From NCBI GenBank assembly GCA_018691995.1, contig JABHJM010000075.1:1-40703 (forward strand): DNA of 40,703 nucleotides, read 5' to 3'. Origin of the DNA: Candidatus Iainarchaeum sp. (lineage in GTDB: Archaea; Iainarchaeota; Iainarchaeia; Iainarchaeales; JAAZKV01). The position numbers and the translations under genes were made by a program. The notes beneath the pieces were generated by a model. That model did not search any database. It was not told where the DNA came from and saw nothing but the letters and a program-made list of their open reading frames with translations. Shown piece by piece: positions 9,511 to 18,667 of the stretch (position 1 is the stretch's first letter; every line of letters begins with the position of its first letter).

Positions 9511-10500
9511 ATGAACAAAAAGCTTGATGATATCTATTCATCAGAAAAACGCTTTCAAAGTGCACTAAAAACACTTGAAACTTGTGGAATTTGTGAAGAA
9601 AACAAGCAACATATACAAAAATTTGTACAATCAAAAAGAGCTTGTGGAGTAAAACCAATCAGATTGAAAAAACAAGTTGCAGTACTCCGCACATTCTCAC
9701 AAATAGTTGCAAAAGACTTGGAAAATGTTACAAAAGAAGATATTGAATTATATCTTTGTGAACTTGAAAAACACAATTATTCAAGCTGGACAAAAATAGA
9801 TTACAAAGTTGTAATAAAATCTTTTTACAAATGGTTACTTGGAGAAGATGAGGTAACACCAAAACTTGTTAGTTGGATAAAAAACAAAGAACCAAGAGAT
9901 TGCATAATGCCAGAAGAACTCTTAACAGAACAAGATGTACTTAGTGCAATTAGTGTATGCCAGTTTGTAAGAGATAAAGCATTCATTCACTTACTTTATG
10001 AAAGTGGAGTAAGAATTGGAGAATTACTAACTCTTAAAATAAAACACATTACTTTTGCTGAACCAATTTCTTCAATTCTAGTTAATGGCAAAACAGGACA
10101 AAGAAGAGTGCCAATAATCAAAAGTGTTACTCCGCTCAAAAAATGGATTGAACAACACCCATACAAAGATAATCCTGAATCACTTGTTTGGATAAAAACA
10201 AATGAAAGAATAAGTAACTTAAGAGTTCAAGGAAATAGATTACCAAATTCTGTTTTGTGTTACTCCGCAGTAAAAAAATTGATTTCAGTAAACTTTAAAA
10301 TTGCAAAAGTAACAAAGAAAGTAAATCCCCACATGTTCCGCCATAGCAGAGCAACCTTTCTTGCAAAGCATCTTACTGAGGCCCAATTAAAACAATTCTT
10401 TGGATGGACCCAATCAAGTGATATGGCCGCAAGATATGTACATTTAAGTGGAAGAGATTTGGATTCAATCATGCTTCAGATTAATTCAGCATACCATTAA
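9511..10500 (+). CDS. tyrosine recombinase / site-specific integrase
   Basis: N-terminal SAM-like domain. Catalytic signatures are ESGVRIGEL (Arg), HMFRHSRAT (HxxR), GWTQ and ARYVHL (Tyr nucleophile). ATG at 9511 is preferred over the TTG at 9496 used by the track. Lies 66 nt downstream of tRNA-Tyr on the same strand. Confidence 0.9.
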   Translation: MNKKLDDIYSSEKRFQSALKTLETCGICEENKQHIQKFVQSKRACGVKPIRLKKQVAVLRTFSQIVAKDLENVTKEDIELYLCELEKHNYSSWTKIDYKVVIKSFYKWLLGEDEVTPKLVSWIKNKEPRDCIMPEELLTEQDVLSAISVCQFVRDKAFIHLLYESGVRIGELLTLKIKHITFAEPISSILVNGKTGQRRVPIIKSVTPLKKWIEQHPYKDNPESLVWIKTNERISNLRVQGNRLPNSVLCYSAVKKLISVNFKIAKVTKKVNPHMFRHSRATFLAKHLTEAQLKQFFGWTQSSDMAARYVHLSGRDLDSIMLQINSAYH

Positions 10501-10570
10501 AAAATTAGAAAGATTCTGATAGAAGTAAACTAACTTAAGCAAGTCAACTTTTTGAAATACTAGCTAGTTA

Positions 10571-10921
10571 TTATCTTAATTTCTTTATCAAACTTGTCAA
10601 CATTTTTCCAATTTTTTCATACCTCTGTGAAATTTCACCTAATTGAACACCATTAACATACCCCAAATCATTTGAAATTATTAGAAAGTTTTCTACTTCT
10701 TTGTTTGAACCATTTGCAATTACTAAAAATCTTCTAAATTCTTTTTGTGTTGCTTTCCCACAACCTTCTGCAATATTTGCTGAGATTGAAGTTACTGCTC
10801 TTCTCATTTGTGAAGTTATTCCATACTGTTCATTCATTGGAAACTTTTCTGTTATTTTGTAGATTTCTTTTACAAGTTCTCTTGATTCTTGCCACACTTT
10901 TAATTTTTTGAAGTCTTGCAT
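10571..10921 (-). CDS. four-helix-bundle protein (23S rRNA intervening-sequence protein / Avd-like family)
   Basis: The N-terminus FKKLKVWQESRELVKEIY and the central ISANIAEG motif are characteristic of this family. Confidence 0.75.
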   Translation of the reverse strand: MQDFKKLKVWQESRELVKEIYKITEKFPMNEQYGITSQMRRAVTSISANIAEGCGKATQKEFRRFLVIANGSNKEVENFLIISNDLGYVNGVQLGEISQRYEKIGKMLTSLIKKLR

Positions 10922-11196
10922 GTTTTTTCCTCCAGTTTAAACAGTGGTTTTATTTCTTCCCAGTATTCGTTCGCTCTTTTACTAAATATTTTTTCTCTTT
11001 CTTCAGATTTACTTCCAAACATACATATTGAGCGATTAATATAGGCCATCCAGATATTAGTGAAACCTTTTTCTCTCCCATAAACTTGTACTTCAAATCT
11101 TTTCTCAATATAACAATCTTCGCCAGGAACAAAGAGTTCACACCTTGCTCGCACGTTGCAAGAGTTACATTGTTTCAATCTTTCTATCATTCTCAC
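10900..11196 (-). CDS. hypothetical Cys-containing small protein
   Basis: ORF in the same operon-like minus-strand block. Overlaps its neighbours by about 20-30 nt. No motif recognised. Confidence 0.45.
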   Translation of the reverse strand: MRMIERLKQCNSCNVRARCELFVPGEDCYIEKRFEVQVYGREKGFTNIWMAYINRSICMFGSKSEEREKIFSKRANEYWEEIKPLFKLEEKTCKTSKN

Positions 11197-11563
11197 ACCA
11201 CCTATTTTTCATTAAAAAAAGAGATTGTAATTCTTGCCTTATCTCAGCAGAAATTTTGCTAAGCTCAATATGATAAGGTTCTTGATTTAATTGTTCAACT
11301 GCTCTATTTAATCGCACTATATTCAATCTGATTAACATTTCCATTGTTTTCACTACATCTAACTCTTCTTTCATTAACTCTTCAAATTGTTCTTTGTCTA
11401 ATTTACAAATTCCTCCTTGTTCAAAATCCGCACAACTATCTCTGTGAATGCAAAGATTACAAGGAAAAAATTCACACAAGTTAAAATATAATCCATGCTT
11501 TACTGCATTAATTTTTGAAACACTTTTGCCAACATCAGTTATTGGCCCTGTTTTTCCACTCAT
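11165..11563 (-). CDS. hypothetical Cys-rich protein (132 aa)
   Basis: ORF with a cysteine cluster (CEFFPCNLCIHRDSC..GGIC). No family recognised. Confidence 0.5.
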   Translation of the reverse strand: MSGKTGPITDVGKSVSKINAVKHGLYFNLCEFFPCNLCIHRDSCADFEQGGICKLDKEQFEELMKEELDVVKTMEMLIRLNIVRLNRAVEQLNQEPYHIELSKISAEIRQELQSLFLMKNRWCENDRKIETM

Positions 11564-11593
11564 TCAAACACCTCCCAGTTCGTTTTTGAAAAA

Positions 11594-13111
11594 TTAAACA
11601 TAATTATGCAACCCCTTTAACTCTTCTGCACACTTGTCACAATAATTTTTACCAGGATAACCAACAACTGAATACTTTACAAATTGTCTTTCCTTACAGT
11701 GGAAGCAAGAGTCAAGTATTGGTTGGTCTAATTCTTTTATTTTGTCTCCATTAGATAGTGTAGTTAGTGTAGTTAGTGTATTCTCTATAGGATACCCGGT
11801 TCTTTCCATGTATTCTTGAACAAGTTCTTGACTTAGCAAGTATTCTACTCCGCTTCCAACTCTTCTTTTTTTGAATAATGGTATTTTTGATATGGTTTTT
11901 CCAATCCATCTTCTAAGACTTGCTTCTTTTTCAATACCTATCTTACCTACACAAAGTTCACTAAGTTCACCAACTGAGTAAAATCTTTTTTCACTAATAT
12001 TTTCAAATAAAGAGGAAAACAATATGTATTCCCAGTTAGTTGATATATCTTCCAAGTCTCTATCTTCAAAGCATTCTTTTAGAAAAGGTACTAAGTCGGC
12101 GTATAGTTTTTCATTAATTGTTTTTGCAACTGCTAAAGGCCCGCGCACAAGTTCTAGTTGTCTATTTTTAAAATCTTTAATTTCACAATCCAAATAAGAT
12201 TCGCTTATTTTTTTCCAATTGTTTAAAACAAAATTATAACAAGAATCTCTAATTTCTTGCCAGGTTTGATCATTTTCATTAGGTTCTCTTGAGCCTTTGG
12301 TTGTTTTTGTTCTAAGCATTCTCAGAACGATGCATCTGCTAACAGTAATGCTATCTAATCCAGTTGTATTTGTAATTACTTTTGGACAGTAAACATCAAA
12401 CTTTTTTGGAACAAAACTTTGTCCCACTTTTTCATTTCTTATTGTTTGACCAGATCGTTTGTAACCCACCTTTAGCAACTGGTTTAAGACTGCTTGTTTT
12501 TCTTTTTCTAAATTCTCAAAATCATCAATCAAAAGCGTTGGCTGTAAACTATTTGTTATTCTAAATAGAGAAGATTCTGAAGGATTAGTTGCATTTATTG
12601 GATTAAAACAAATTAACTCAATTAAGTTCATCAACTTTGTTTTTCCGGATTCTTTTTCTGAATATAAAAACAAATAACCAATTGAATTGAATAAAGAATA
12701 ACAATAAGTTGAAATATCATACACCGTAACAAAGTCAAGAAACCTTTTATCTTGAACATCAATATAATAATCAAGTTTTTCTCTAATTAAATTAAATAAC
12801 TCTTCACCTTCAACTTTTTTTCCTTCTAAAAATTCTGTTATCCCGCTATTACTCCAAGTAGGACAAATTTCTAACAAAGAGTCAACATAGGTAAATCCTT
12901 TTTCTTTTAGTTCACTTGATCCTTTAGGTTTTGAATCAATTTTTATTTGACTTAAATCCACAAGCACATCTTTATTAGATAAAATAATTGCATCAGTCTT
13001 TTGATTGTCAATAATAACTGTTTTTCCAAAATAAAAATTGTTTTTGAATGCACCTTGGTTAATTTTGTATTTTGATTGTTCAACTACTTGAAATAAACTT
13101 TTCTTATCCAT
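11594..13111 (-). CDS. P-loop NTPase with C-terminal zinc ribbon; probable replication (primase/helicase-type) protein of the integrated element
   Basis: Walker A-like SEKESGKTK, Walker B LLIDDFE and a C-terminal CFHC..x17..CDKC motif. Start set at MDKKSLF (ATG complement 13109-13111), preceded by GGTGA. The track ORF extends 13 codons further. Confidence 0.65.
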   Translation of the reverse strand: MDKKSLFQVVEQSKYKINQGAFKNNFYFGKTVIIDNQKTDAIILSNKDVLVDLSQIKIDSKPKGSSELKEKGFTYVDSLLEICPTWSNSGITEFLEGKKVEGEELFNLIREKLDYYIDVQDKRFLDFVTVYDISTYCYSLFNSIGYLFLYSEKESGKTKLMNLIELICFNPINATNPSESSLFRITNSLQPTLLIDDFENLEKEKQAVLNQLLKVGYKRSGQTIRNEKVGQSFVPKKFDVYCPKVITNTTGLDSITVSRCIVLRMLRTKTTKGSREPNENDQTWQEIRDSCYNFVLNNWKKISESYLDCEIKDFKNRQLELVRGPLAVAKTINEKLYADLVPFLKECFEDRDLEDISTNWEYILFSSLFENISEKRFYSVGELSELCVGKIGIEKEASLRRWIGKTISKIPLFKKRRVGSGVEYLLSQELVQEYMERTGYPIENTLTTLTTLSNGDKIKELDQPILDSCFHCKERQFVKYSVVGYPGKNYCDKCAEELKGLHNYV

Positions 13112-13128
13112 CCTTTTCACCTTTTGAG

Positions 13129-13147
13129 TTGGGGGGTTACCCCCCAA
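13129..13147. repeat. perfect GC-rich hairpin TTGGGGGG-TTA-CCCCCCAA
   Basis: 8 bp stem and 3 nt loop read directly from the sequence. Lies between two element genes in an otherwise AT-rich context. Confidence 0.8.
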
Positions 13148-13496
13148 CACACTCGCTTACAACCCATTTGGAATTCTTTGCGTTCCCAATTACTTCATTT
13201 TTGAAGAGAAATTTCTTCCCAATCATCTGTTTGAATACCTCGGTTAAAGCGTCTCCTTCAAGGCCCATAGAATTTAATCTCTGAACCCATTCATGAAGTG
13301 AAGAACCCTTTTGTACTCGCTCTTCATTTGACCCTTTCCCAATAGACACCCACGTTTTGATTGGCTTCCAGTTCTCTTCAGCAGGACTAATTTCAATTTG
13401 AAATTGTTCCTCATAGTCCCCTCGCATTTTTGAAACATTTGTTACTGTCCCAATAAATTTATCGGGCAGTTTTGCTTCCACTACTTCTATACTCAT
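13137..13496 (-). CDS. hypothetical protein (119 aa)
   Basis: ORF whose start overlaps the upstream gene stop (ATGA). Its stop codon sits in the loop of a GC palindrome. Confidence 0.5.
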   Translation of the reverse strand: MSIEVVEAKLPDKFIGTVTNVSKMRGDYEEQFQIEISPAEENWKPIKTWVSIGKGSNEERVQKGSSLHEWVQRLNSMGLEGDALTEVFKQMIGKKFLFKNEVIGNAKNSKWVVSECVGG

Positions 13497-13681
13497 TTAA
13501 TCAACTCCTTTATTTTGATTTTACAAATATGGCGTTTTGGAATCATCAAAGTGTTAAAGTCAGTTTTAATTGTAAAAAATAGCTCATCTTCATTAGTTAT
13601 TTTTCCAAAACAGTTCAATGTTTTTGAACCATCCTTGTAAATTACCAATGCATCTAACCCAATCAATTCCTTACTTACCAT
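13493..13681 (-). CDS. hypothetical small protein (62 aa)
   Basis: ORF translationally coupled to the downstream gene. No motif recognised. Confidence 0.4.
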   Translation of the reverse strand: MVSKELIGLDALVIYKDGSKTLNCFGKITNEDELFFTIKTDFNTLMIPKRHICKIKIKELIK

Positions 13682-13740
13682 AAAACCACCAATTTTGGCT
13701 TATGAGAGTAAGAAAAGTCAGTTTAAGTGTGCCCTTGTGT

Positions 13741-14382
13741 CTACATTCCTTCTTTGAAAAAACGATTGAATTTTCTTAGTGTATTGTACTTTTTTGGAAG
13801 TTGTGAATTTCCTTTTATTCCTTTGAAAAAAAGTTTAAATGCATCAAATTTTGAAGGAGGTACTGGCGCATATCCAAGGAATTTAGCATATTTAATTCCA
13901 TCATTAGCATAATCCCATTTTTTTATTATTTTTTTAAACTCAGATAGATAATCAACCTTATTTTTATTCAAGTCACAAACCAAGTATTCCTGACAATAGC
14001 GATTCCCTTGTTTGTCCCAATAAGGAAAAAACACACTTGGTTCAGTTTGACAAACTAATAACTTTTCTTTTTTGACTTTTTTTCCAACTCTAACACTTTT
14101 CCTAAATATTACACTATTGCCCCTAATTTCTGGTTTAGGTTTTGTAGGCTTTAAGCCATTTTCAACCCAATGAATTAAAGAAACCACTTCCAAATCAACA
14201 TGTTTTAACATATTTTTTTCATCTTTAATTTCCCTTTCAAAAAATTGAATTACATTTAAATCTAGATTTTGTTTTTTTACATCACTTAATCGGCGTTCAA
14301 GATTATCAATTCTGTGTTTATGCCCTTCTTCAAGTTGTTTTAATAAACGATTTTTAAATTTACTTAAATCTTCACTAACCAT
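13741..14382 (-). CDS. hypothetical protein with N-terminal coiled-coil (213 aa)
   Basis: First gene of the minus-strand block. No motif recognised. Confidence 0.55.
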   Translation of the reverse strand: MVSEDLSKFKNRLLKQLEEGHKHRIDNLERRLSDVKKQNLDLNVIQFFEREIKDEKNMLKHVDLEVVSLIHWVENGLKPTKPKPEIRGNSVIFRKSVRVGKKVKKEKLLVCQTEPSVFFPYWDKQGNRYCQEYLVCDLNKNKVDYLSEFKKIIKKWDYANDGIKYAKFLGYAPVPPSKFDAFKLFFKGIKGNSQLPKKYNTLRKFNRFFKEGM

Positions 14383-14480
14383 ATAACTAACCTAACCTTA
14401 AAGTAAAGTAATGATACTCAACCTAAACATTAATAGAAGAAAAAGTTATTTAAGTTGTAATTATCTTCCAAAACTATTTA

Positions 14481-14505
14481 TGCAACTCTTGAAAAGAGAG
14501 AATTT
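14481..14505 (+). repeat. R1: decayed copy of the tRNA-Tyr-derived core (putative attR of the 5 kb element)
   Basis: TGCAACTCTTGAAAAGAGAGAATTT compared with TGCAACTCTGGGAGGGGGGATT; the differences are mostly G to A. Confidence 0.55.
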
Positions 14506-14561
14506 GTTTACAAATCATCACAACCACTAGTTTTAAATAATAAAACAAAGTTCTAATTAAT

Positions 14562-16532
14562 ATGAAAAAAGTTGTTATTCTATTTATTTGCATTTTAACA
14601 TTAACCTTCCTATTAGGCTGTACAGGTATAGAAAGTATGATAAAAGAAAATAAAGAGTTAAAACCATATTTTGAATCCCACCCAAATGCCGAATTAAAAA
14701 ATATAACACAACTAACACAAGAAGAATTTGAAACAGAAAAAACATTTTGGGAAGAAAATTGTGAAAAGCAAATAAACTCTGGAAATTATTACAAAACAAT
14801 ATATGAAGATGAAACCACAAGAGCCCTAATACTATCAGAACCAGGAAACCAAGAAATAATCTGCATAATAGAACAAGAAATAACTTTAAACCAAAACAAT
14901 AACAATTCAAATAACCCACAACCAACTGACATTAACAATTCAGCATGTACTGAAAATTGGAATTGCACAAACTGGTCAAATTGCGACAACAACAACCAAA
15001 CACGAACATGCACAGAACTTAACCAATGTGGAACTGATACAAACAAACCAATAGAAAATCAAACCTGTTTATCTACCCCAGAAACATGTACAGAAAATTG
15101 GACATGTACAAATTGGAGCGAATGTATAAATGAATTACAACAAAGGACTTGTCAAGTTGTAAAAGATTGTCCCGATATAAATAATCAACCAGCAATACAA
15201 CAAAGCTGTTCAACCCCACAGATAAATATTGATGAAGAATGGACCATATTTAAAAATAATTTAACTGCAATGTTAAATCATAATCTTTCATTAGCAAATA
15301 CTTACACTTATGAAGACTATAATCTGGACTCATGTATTGCATCAAGTGGAGAAGATGCTTGTTGGGAAATGGTAGATTCTGTTTACTCTTTATCAAATGA
15401 TTTAGCAAAAGAAGATTTTGAATTTGTGGAAAGAGATTCAAAACAAAGTGTTATCTCAACAAACATTTTTGAACAAGATGGACAAAATTATGTAAGACAA
15501 ATAATTTTTGCTAAAAATAGTCAAAATAATTTAGTAATTGTGAAACTTATTTACCAAAAAAGTTTTGGAACCGACACTGATAAAGATGGTTTACATGATG
15601 AAAGAGAAAATTGCTTGGGAGCATACCAATATGATCCTTCTTGTGAAATAACAAGCATTACTAAAAAAGATACTGATGAAGATGGGTGGTGGGATTCAAC
15701 CGAAGAAGAAGCTGGAACAAACCCCAATGATTCATCCGATTACTTATTTAAAACAACAACACAGGATTGCCAAGAATCATGGTATTGTGAATGGTCAGAT
15801 TGTAATTTAGGAACACAAACAAAAGTTTGTTATGATACAAGCCCAACCAAATGTGGAGATTTTAGCAATGCTCCAACAGGAACCCAAAGTTGCACTTATT
15901 GTGGAGACAATGTTTGTAATGGAAATGAAGACTATGCTTCTTGTTCAAATGATTGTAATAGGCCAAGTAGCTGGGGCATGACAAATTATATTGGAACCGC
16001 CCCATTAACTGTTACTGCAACAGGATATTGTGCTACTAGTGGATGCACTTTGACTTGGGGAGATGGAAATACCGAAACTGTTTCACTAGGAGAATTTACT
16101 AAAACCCACACATATATAACAAATGGATATTATTCATCTGTATTTTCTGATAAACCAGGATATATGGTACTACCTGGGATTGGTGTAACAGTTAATCCAA
16201 ACACTGTGCAAGAACTAGCATGTAATAGCATTAGTGCTAACTCTCAACAAATTTCTTTGGGAGGCTCAGTAACATTTACTTTGAATGTAACCAGAACAAA
16301 TACCGGTTCAGTATATGGAGTAAATCATTGCACAAATTCAACTTATCAATCATATTCATTCAATTGTACTGGAACAATAGATAGACAAGGACAACCCCCT
16401 TCACCAAGAACATGCACATATGTTTGTGAAAACTTTACTCAAAGTGCAACAATTCAACCAAGTGTAAGACAATATTCTGGTTCAACACCAATTGATGCAA
16501 TTTGCTCTGCACTTGACATAAATGTTGCATAA
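14562..16532 (+). CDS. secreted Cys-rich lipoprotein (656 aa) with repeated CxxxWxCxxWxxC modules and Asp-rich calcium-binding-like repeats
   Basis: Signal peptide with lipobox (LTFLLGC). Three copies of the CTENW.CTNWS.C..Q.RTC-type module. DTDKDG / DTDEDG motifs and a YCGDNVCNGNEDYASCSNDC module. Confidence 0.8.
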   Translation: MKKVVILFICILTLTFLLGCTGIESMIKENKELKPYFESHPNAELKNITQLTQEEFETEKTFWEENCEKQINSGNYYKTIYEDETTRALILSEPGNQEIICIIEQEITLNQNNNNSNNPQPTDINNSACTENWNCTNWSNCDNNNQTRTCTELNQCGTDTNKPIENQTCLSTPETCTENWTCTNWSECINELQQRTCQVVKDCPDINNQPAIQQSCSTPQINIDEEWTIFKNNLTAMLNHNLSLANTYTYEDYNLDSCIASSGEDACWEMVDSVYSLSNDLAKEDFEFVERDSKQSVISTNIFEQDGQNYVRQIIFAKNSQNNLVIVKLIYQKSFGTDTDKDGLHDERENCLGAYQYDPSCEITSITKKDTDEDGWWDSTEEEAGTNPNDSSDYLFKTTTQDCQESWYCEWSDCNLGTQTKVCYDTSPTKCGDFSNAPTGTQSCTYCGDNVCNGNEDYASCSNDCNRPSSWGMTNYIGTAPLTVTATGYCATSGCTLTWGDGNTETVSLGEFTKTHTYITNGYYSSVFSDKPGYMVLPGIGVTVNPNTVQELACNSISANSQQISLGGSVTFTLNVTRTNTGSVYGVNHCTNSTYQSYSFNCTGTIDRQGQPPSPRTCTYVCENFTQSATIQPSVRQYSGSTPIDAICSALDINVA

Positions 16533-16537
16533 ATAAA

Positions 16538-16590
16538 TTTTATGGCTAATTAATTAGAACCCACAATAACAACTCTAGATGGAGTATTAA
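16538..16590 (+). repeat. R2: degenerate repeat copy
   Basis: TTTTATGG..AACCCACAA..CAACTCTAGATGGAGTATT aligns with the consensus TTTTATGAACYACAAAC..GCAACTCTGGGAGGGGGGATT, with many substitutions. Confidence 0.5.
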
Positions 16591-16634
16591 ATCCAAACCA
16601 ACTAATTTTTATTTAAATTAAACCTTATCATTAT

Positions 16635-17243
16635 ATGAATTATTTGGAAATTTTTGAAGATTTTAAAAAAGATTATGGAAAGGACAAATCCTTCTTTGAA
16701 AACAAAATAAAACCAATTTCAAGAATATTAATTATAGTAGGAATAATTGGAATAATTCTAACTTATTTTTCACCATTTCTCTCAGGGATTTTTTTCTTAG
16801 GTTTATTATTCCCAATAAGTTACATAAGAACAAAAATTATAGAAACAAATTTAAGAAGGAAAAAATGGCTAAAAAAACTAAACTTCACAAATGCCACTAT
16901 TCAATTAAATAAAGAAATTAACTCAAAATTAAATAAAACCATGTTTTTGGCATTAATTTTTGGATTAGCATTAATCTTTGCATTAGCATTATTTTTATTC
17001 TTCATAAAGGGCCTAGATGGGATGTTCATTGAGCTTGGAAATGTGTTTAGTGGAGTAACTAAAGAAATTCCAGACCCTCTTTTGATAATATCATATTTCA
17101 CAGCATTTATTGTTGGATTTATAACTTTGGGGATAGTGAATAATCTCCATAATGAGTGTTATAAATTTCAAAAAGAAACAAAAACAATAATTCAAGATAT
17201 TAAAAGAAACAAAAAAGAACTTAAAAAAGCAGGATTAATATGA
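16635..17243 (+). CDS. hypothetical multi-pass membrane protein (202 aa)
   Basis: Several hydrophobic segments. The TGA stop is supplied by the ATGA of repeat R3. Confidence 0.65.
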   Translation: MNYLEIFEDFKKDYGKDKSFFENKIKPISRILIIVGIIGIILTYFSPFLSGIFFLGLLFPISYIRTKIIETNLRRKKWLKKLNFTNATIQLNKEINSKLNKTMFLALIFGLALIFALALFLFFIKGLDGMFIELGNVFSGVTKEIPDPLLIISYFTAFIVGFITLGIVNNLHNECYKFQKETKTIIQDIKRNKKELKKAGLI

Positions 17244-17311
17244 ACCACAAACCACTTACTTCTAACCACCTACAATCCAAGACCCCGTGTGCAACTCTGG
17301 GAGGGGGGATT
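17240..17311 (+). repeat. R3: full repeat copy, and the closest match to the tRNA
   Basis: ATGAACCACAAACC..AATCCAAGACCCCGTGTGCAACTCTGGGAGGGGGGATT. The core differs from tRNA positions 9418-9447 by a 1 nt insertion. The right flank CCGACAAG resembles the CCGCAAG found after the tRNA. Confidence 0.9.
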
Positions 17312-17376
17312 CCCGACAAGGGAAGCACCCTGAGAAGAAAGAATAATATTAAATAGAACTAATTCTTATAAATAAT

Positions 17377-18030
17377 ATGAAAAAAACAATTCTTATACTA
17401 AGCTTAATGCTAGTTGGACTATTTCTGTTTGGATGTACTGAAGAAACCAACAACAATCCAAATCCGCAAACAAATGAACCAAAAAGTTTTACGGAATATG
17501 TTAACATGTACAAAACTGTAAATTTTAAAGCAGAATATGAATCAAAATCAATTTTAATAGATGAAAATATTGTTTCCCAATTAAATGTTTATGTTTTAAA
17601 TGATAATTTTAGAATGGACAGAACCCATGATGACCCTGGCAAAAATACAATTCATATTTTTAATGAAGAGCAAGCAATTGGTTGCATCAATACAACAGGA
17701 ACTTTAACTTGTTATGATACAGGAATGTTTTCAAATAAAATTGAACTTTGGGGAGTTACTTTACTTGGTGTAAAAGAAGAAGAGGTTATTATTACCCCGC
17801 CACAAACAATTGCTGGAGAAGAAACCAATTGTTTCACATTAGATTATCCATACAATATAAATACAATTTGTTTTACACAAGATGGAATAATTGCCAAAGT
17901 AAAAAGCATAAGAAAAGAAGAGTATGTTGGAAATTCAAAAGGATTTGAAACAACAGCAATTAGCATTTCAAGAAATGTTTCAGATACCGATTTTATTCCC
18001 CCTGCAACAATACAGGAATCACCATTGTAA
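17377..18030 (+). CDS. lipoprotein (217 aa), function unknown
   Basis: Signal peptide MKKTILILSLMLVGLFLFGC with lipobox, followed by a Asn/Pro-rich linker. Confidence 0.75.
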   Translation: MKKTILILSLMLVGLFLFGCTEETNNNPNPQTNEPKSFTEYVNMYKTVNFKAEYESKSILIDENIVSQLNVYVLNDNFRMDRTHDDPGKNTIHIFNEEQAIGCINTTGTLTCYDTGMFSNKIELWGVTLLGVKEEEVIITPPQTIAGEETNCFTLDYPYNINTICFTQDGIIAKVKSIRKEEYVGNSKGFETTAISISRNVSDTDFIPPATIQESPL

Positions 18031-18047
18031 AATTTAAATTGATAATT

Positions 18048-18530
18048 ATGAAAAAAACAATTTGGATATTAACAATTTTGACAATATTTATTTTATCCTT
18101 TGGTTGCCTTGAAGCACCAACTGATACTTCCAAAGAAGCTAATCAAGCAAGAGCTGAAATTCTTACAAAAATAAATCAACTTGAAAATAATCCCACTTTG
18201 ATTGAATTAAAAAAATGCAATAGTGAATTTAAAAATATGGCAGAAAATAGTTCAACAGAAGAAACATTAATAGAAAAATATAATAAATGCAAACCCTTGT
18301 CTGACCAAGCATTGACTGAAGGCAAAATTGTTGCACAAGAAATTGAATCATATTATGGCACAGTAAGCCAAACATTTGATTATGAAGTACAAACATATCT
18401 GCAACAAGCAGTAATAATTTATTATGACTCAACACTTGAACCTGAAAGCATTGCATTTGATGTTATCCCATGCACAGTAGCTCCAGTTTCTGCAGCGTGT
18501 AAAGCAAAAGCTTTTGAAAGATTAGAATGA
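18048..18530 (+). CDS. lipoprotein (160 aa), function unknown
   Basis: MKKTIWILTILTIFILSFGC lipobox. ATG at 18048 is preferred to the TTG at 18039. Confidence 0.7.
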   Translation: MKKTIWILTILTIFILSFGCLEAPTDTSKEANQARAEILTKINQLENNPTLIELKKCNSEFKNMAENSSTEETLIEKYNKCKPLSDQALTEGKIVAQEIESYYGTVSQTFDYEVQTYLQQAVIIYYDSTLEPESIAFDVIPCTVAPVSAACKAKAFERLE

Positions 18531-18536
18531 ATTTTT

Positions 18537-18602
18537 ATGACCCACAAACCACTTACCTCTAACAACCAACCAGCACAATGTGCAATTCTGGGAGGGGGGA
18601 TT
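18537..18602 (+). repeat. R4: repeat copy
   Basis: ATGACCCACAAACCACTTACC..AATGTGCAATTCTGGGAGGGGGGATT. It has the conserved right flank TATTCAAAAAAATCACTCCGAGCAGAAA. Confidence 0.9.
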
Positions 18603-18637
18603 TATTCAAAAAAATCACTCCGAGCAGAAATGCAAGA

Positions 18638-18645
18638 TTTATATA
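18638..18645 (+). promoter_or_regulatory. TATA box candidate (TTTATATA) for the 18668 cassette gene
   Basis: Ends 22 nt upstream of the ATG. The same spacing is seen at 19884-19891 and 22429-22436, and implies leaderless or near-leaderless mRNAs. Confidence 0.4.
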
Positions 18646-18667
18646 TTAAAAAGAAGTTGAATATAAC

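Larger units (their letters stand above)
9421..14505 (+). mobile_element. integrated plasmid/virus-like element at the 3' end of tRNA-Tyr: integrase plus seven minus-strand genes
   Basis: The left end is the tRNA T-arm/acceptor segment (9421-9447). The right end is a decayed copy of the same segment, TGCAACTCTTGAAAAGAGAGAATTT (14481-14505). It carries an integrase, a P-loop replication-type protein and small ORFans. Confidence 0.65.

Noticed and set aside
10571-10921. Four-helix-bundle (Avd-like) protein as a marker of a diversity-generating retroelement
   Set aside because: No reverse transcriptase ORF is present, and I could not find a template/variable repeat pair in the window. This family also occurs independently of DGRs.
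11757-11783. Tandem 9 nt repeat AGTGTAGTT x3 inside the P-loop protein gene (encodes TLTTLTTLS on the minus strand)
   Set aside because: It is in-frame, short and simple slippage-type variation in a linker just before the zinc ribbon. It may be length-polymorphic but is not a separate feature.
17240-17356. Short ORFs starting at the conserved ATGAAC of each repeat (for example MNHKPLTSNHLQSKTPCATLGGGI..), suggesting a repeated micro-peptide gene
   Set aside because: When translated from the ATG, the conserved core falls in different reading frames in different copies (CATLGGG in R3, MCNSERG in R7 and VQFWEGG in R8). Lengths and stops also differ. Conservation is therefore at the nucleotide or structure level, not the protein level.
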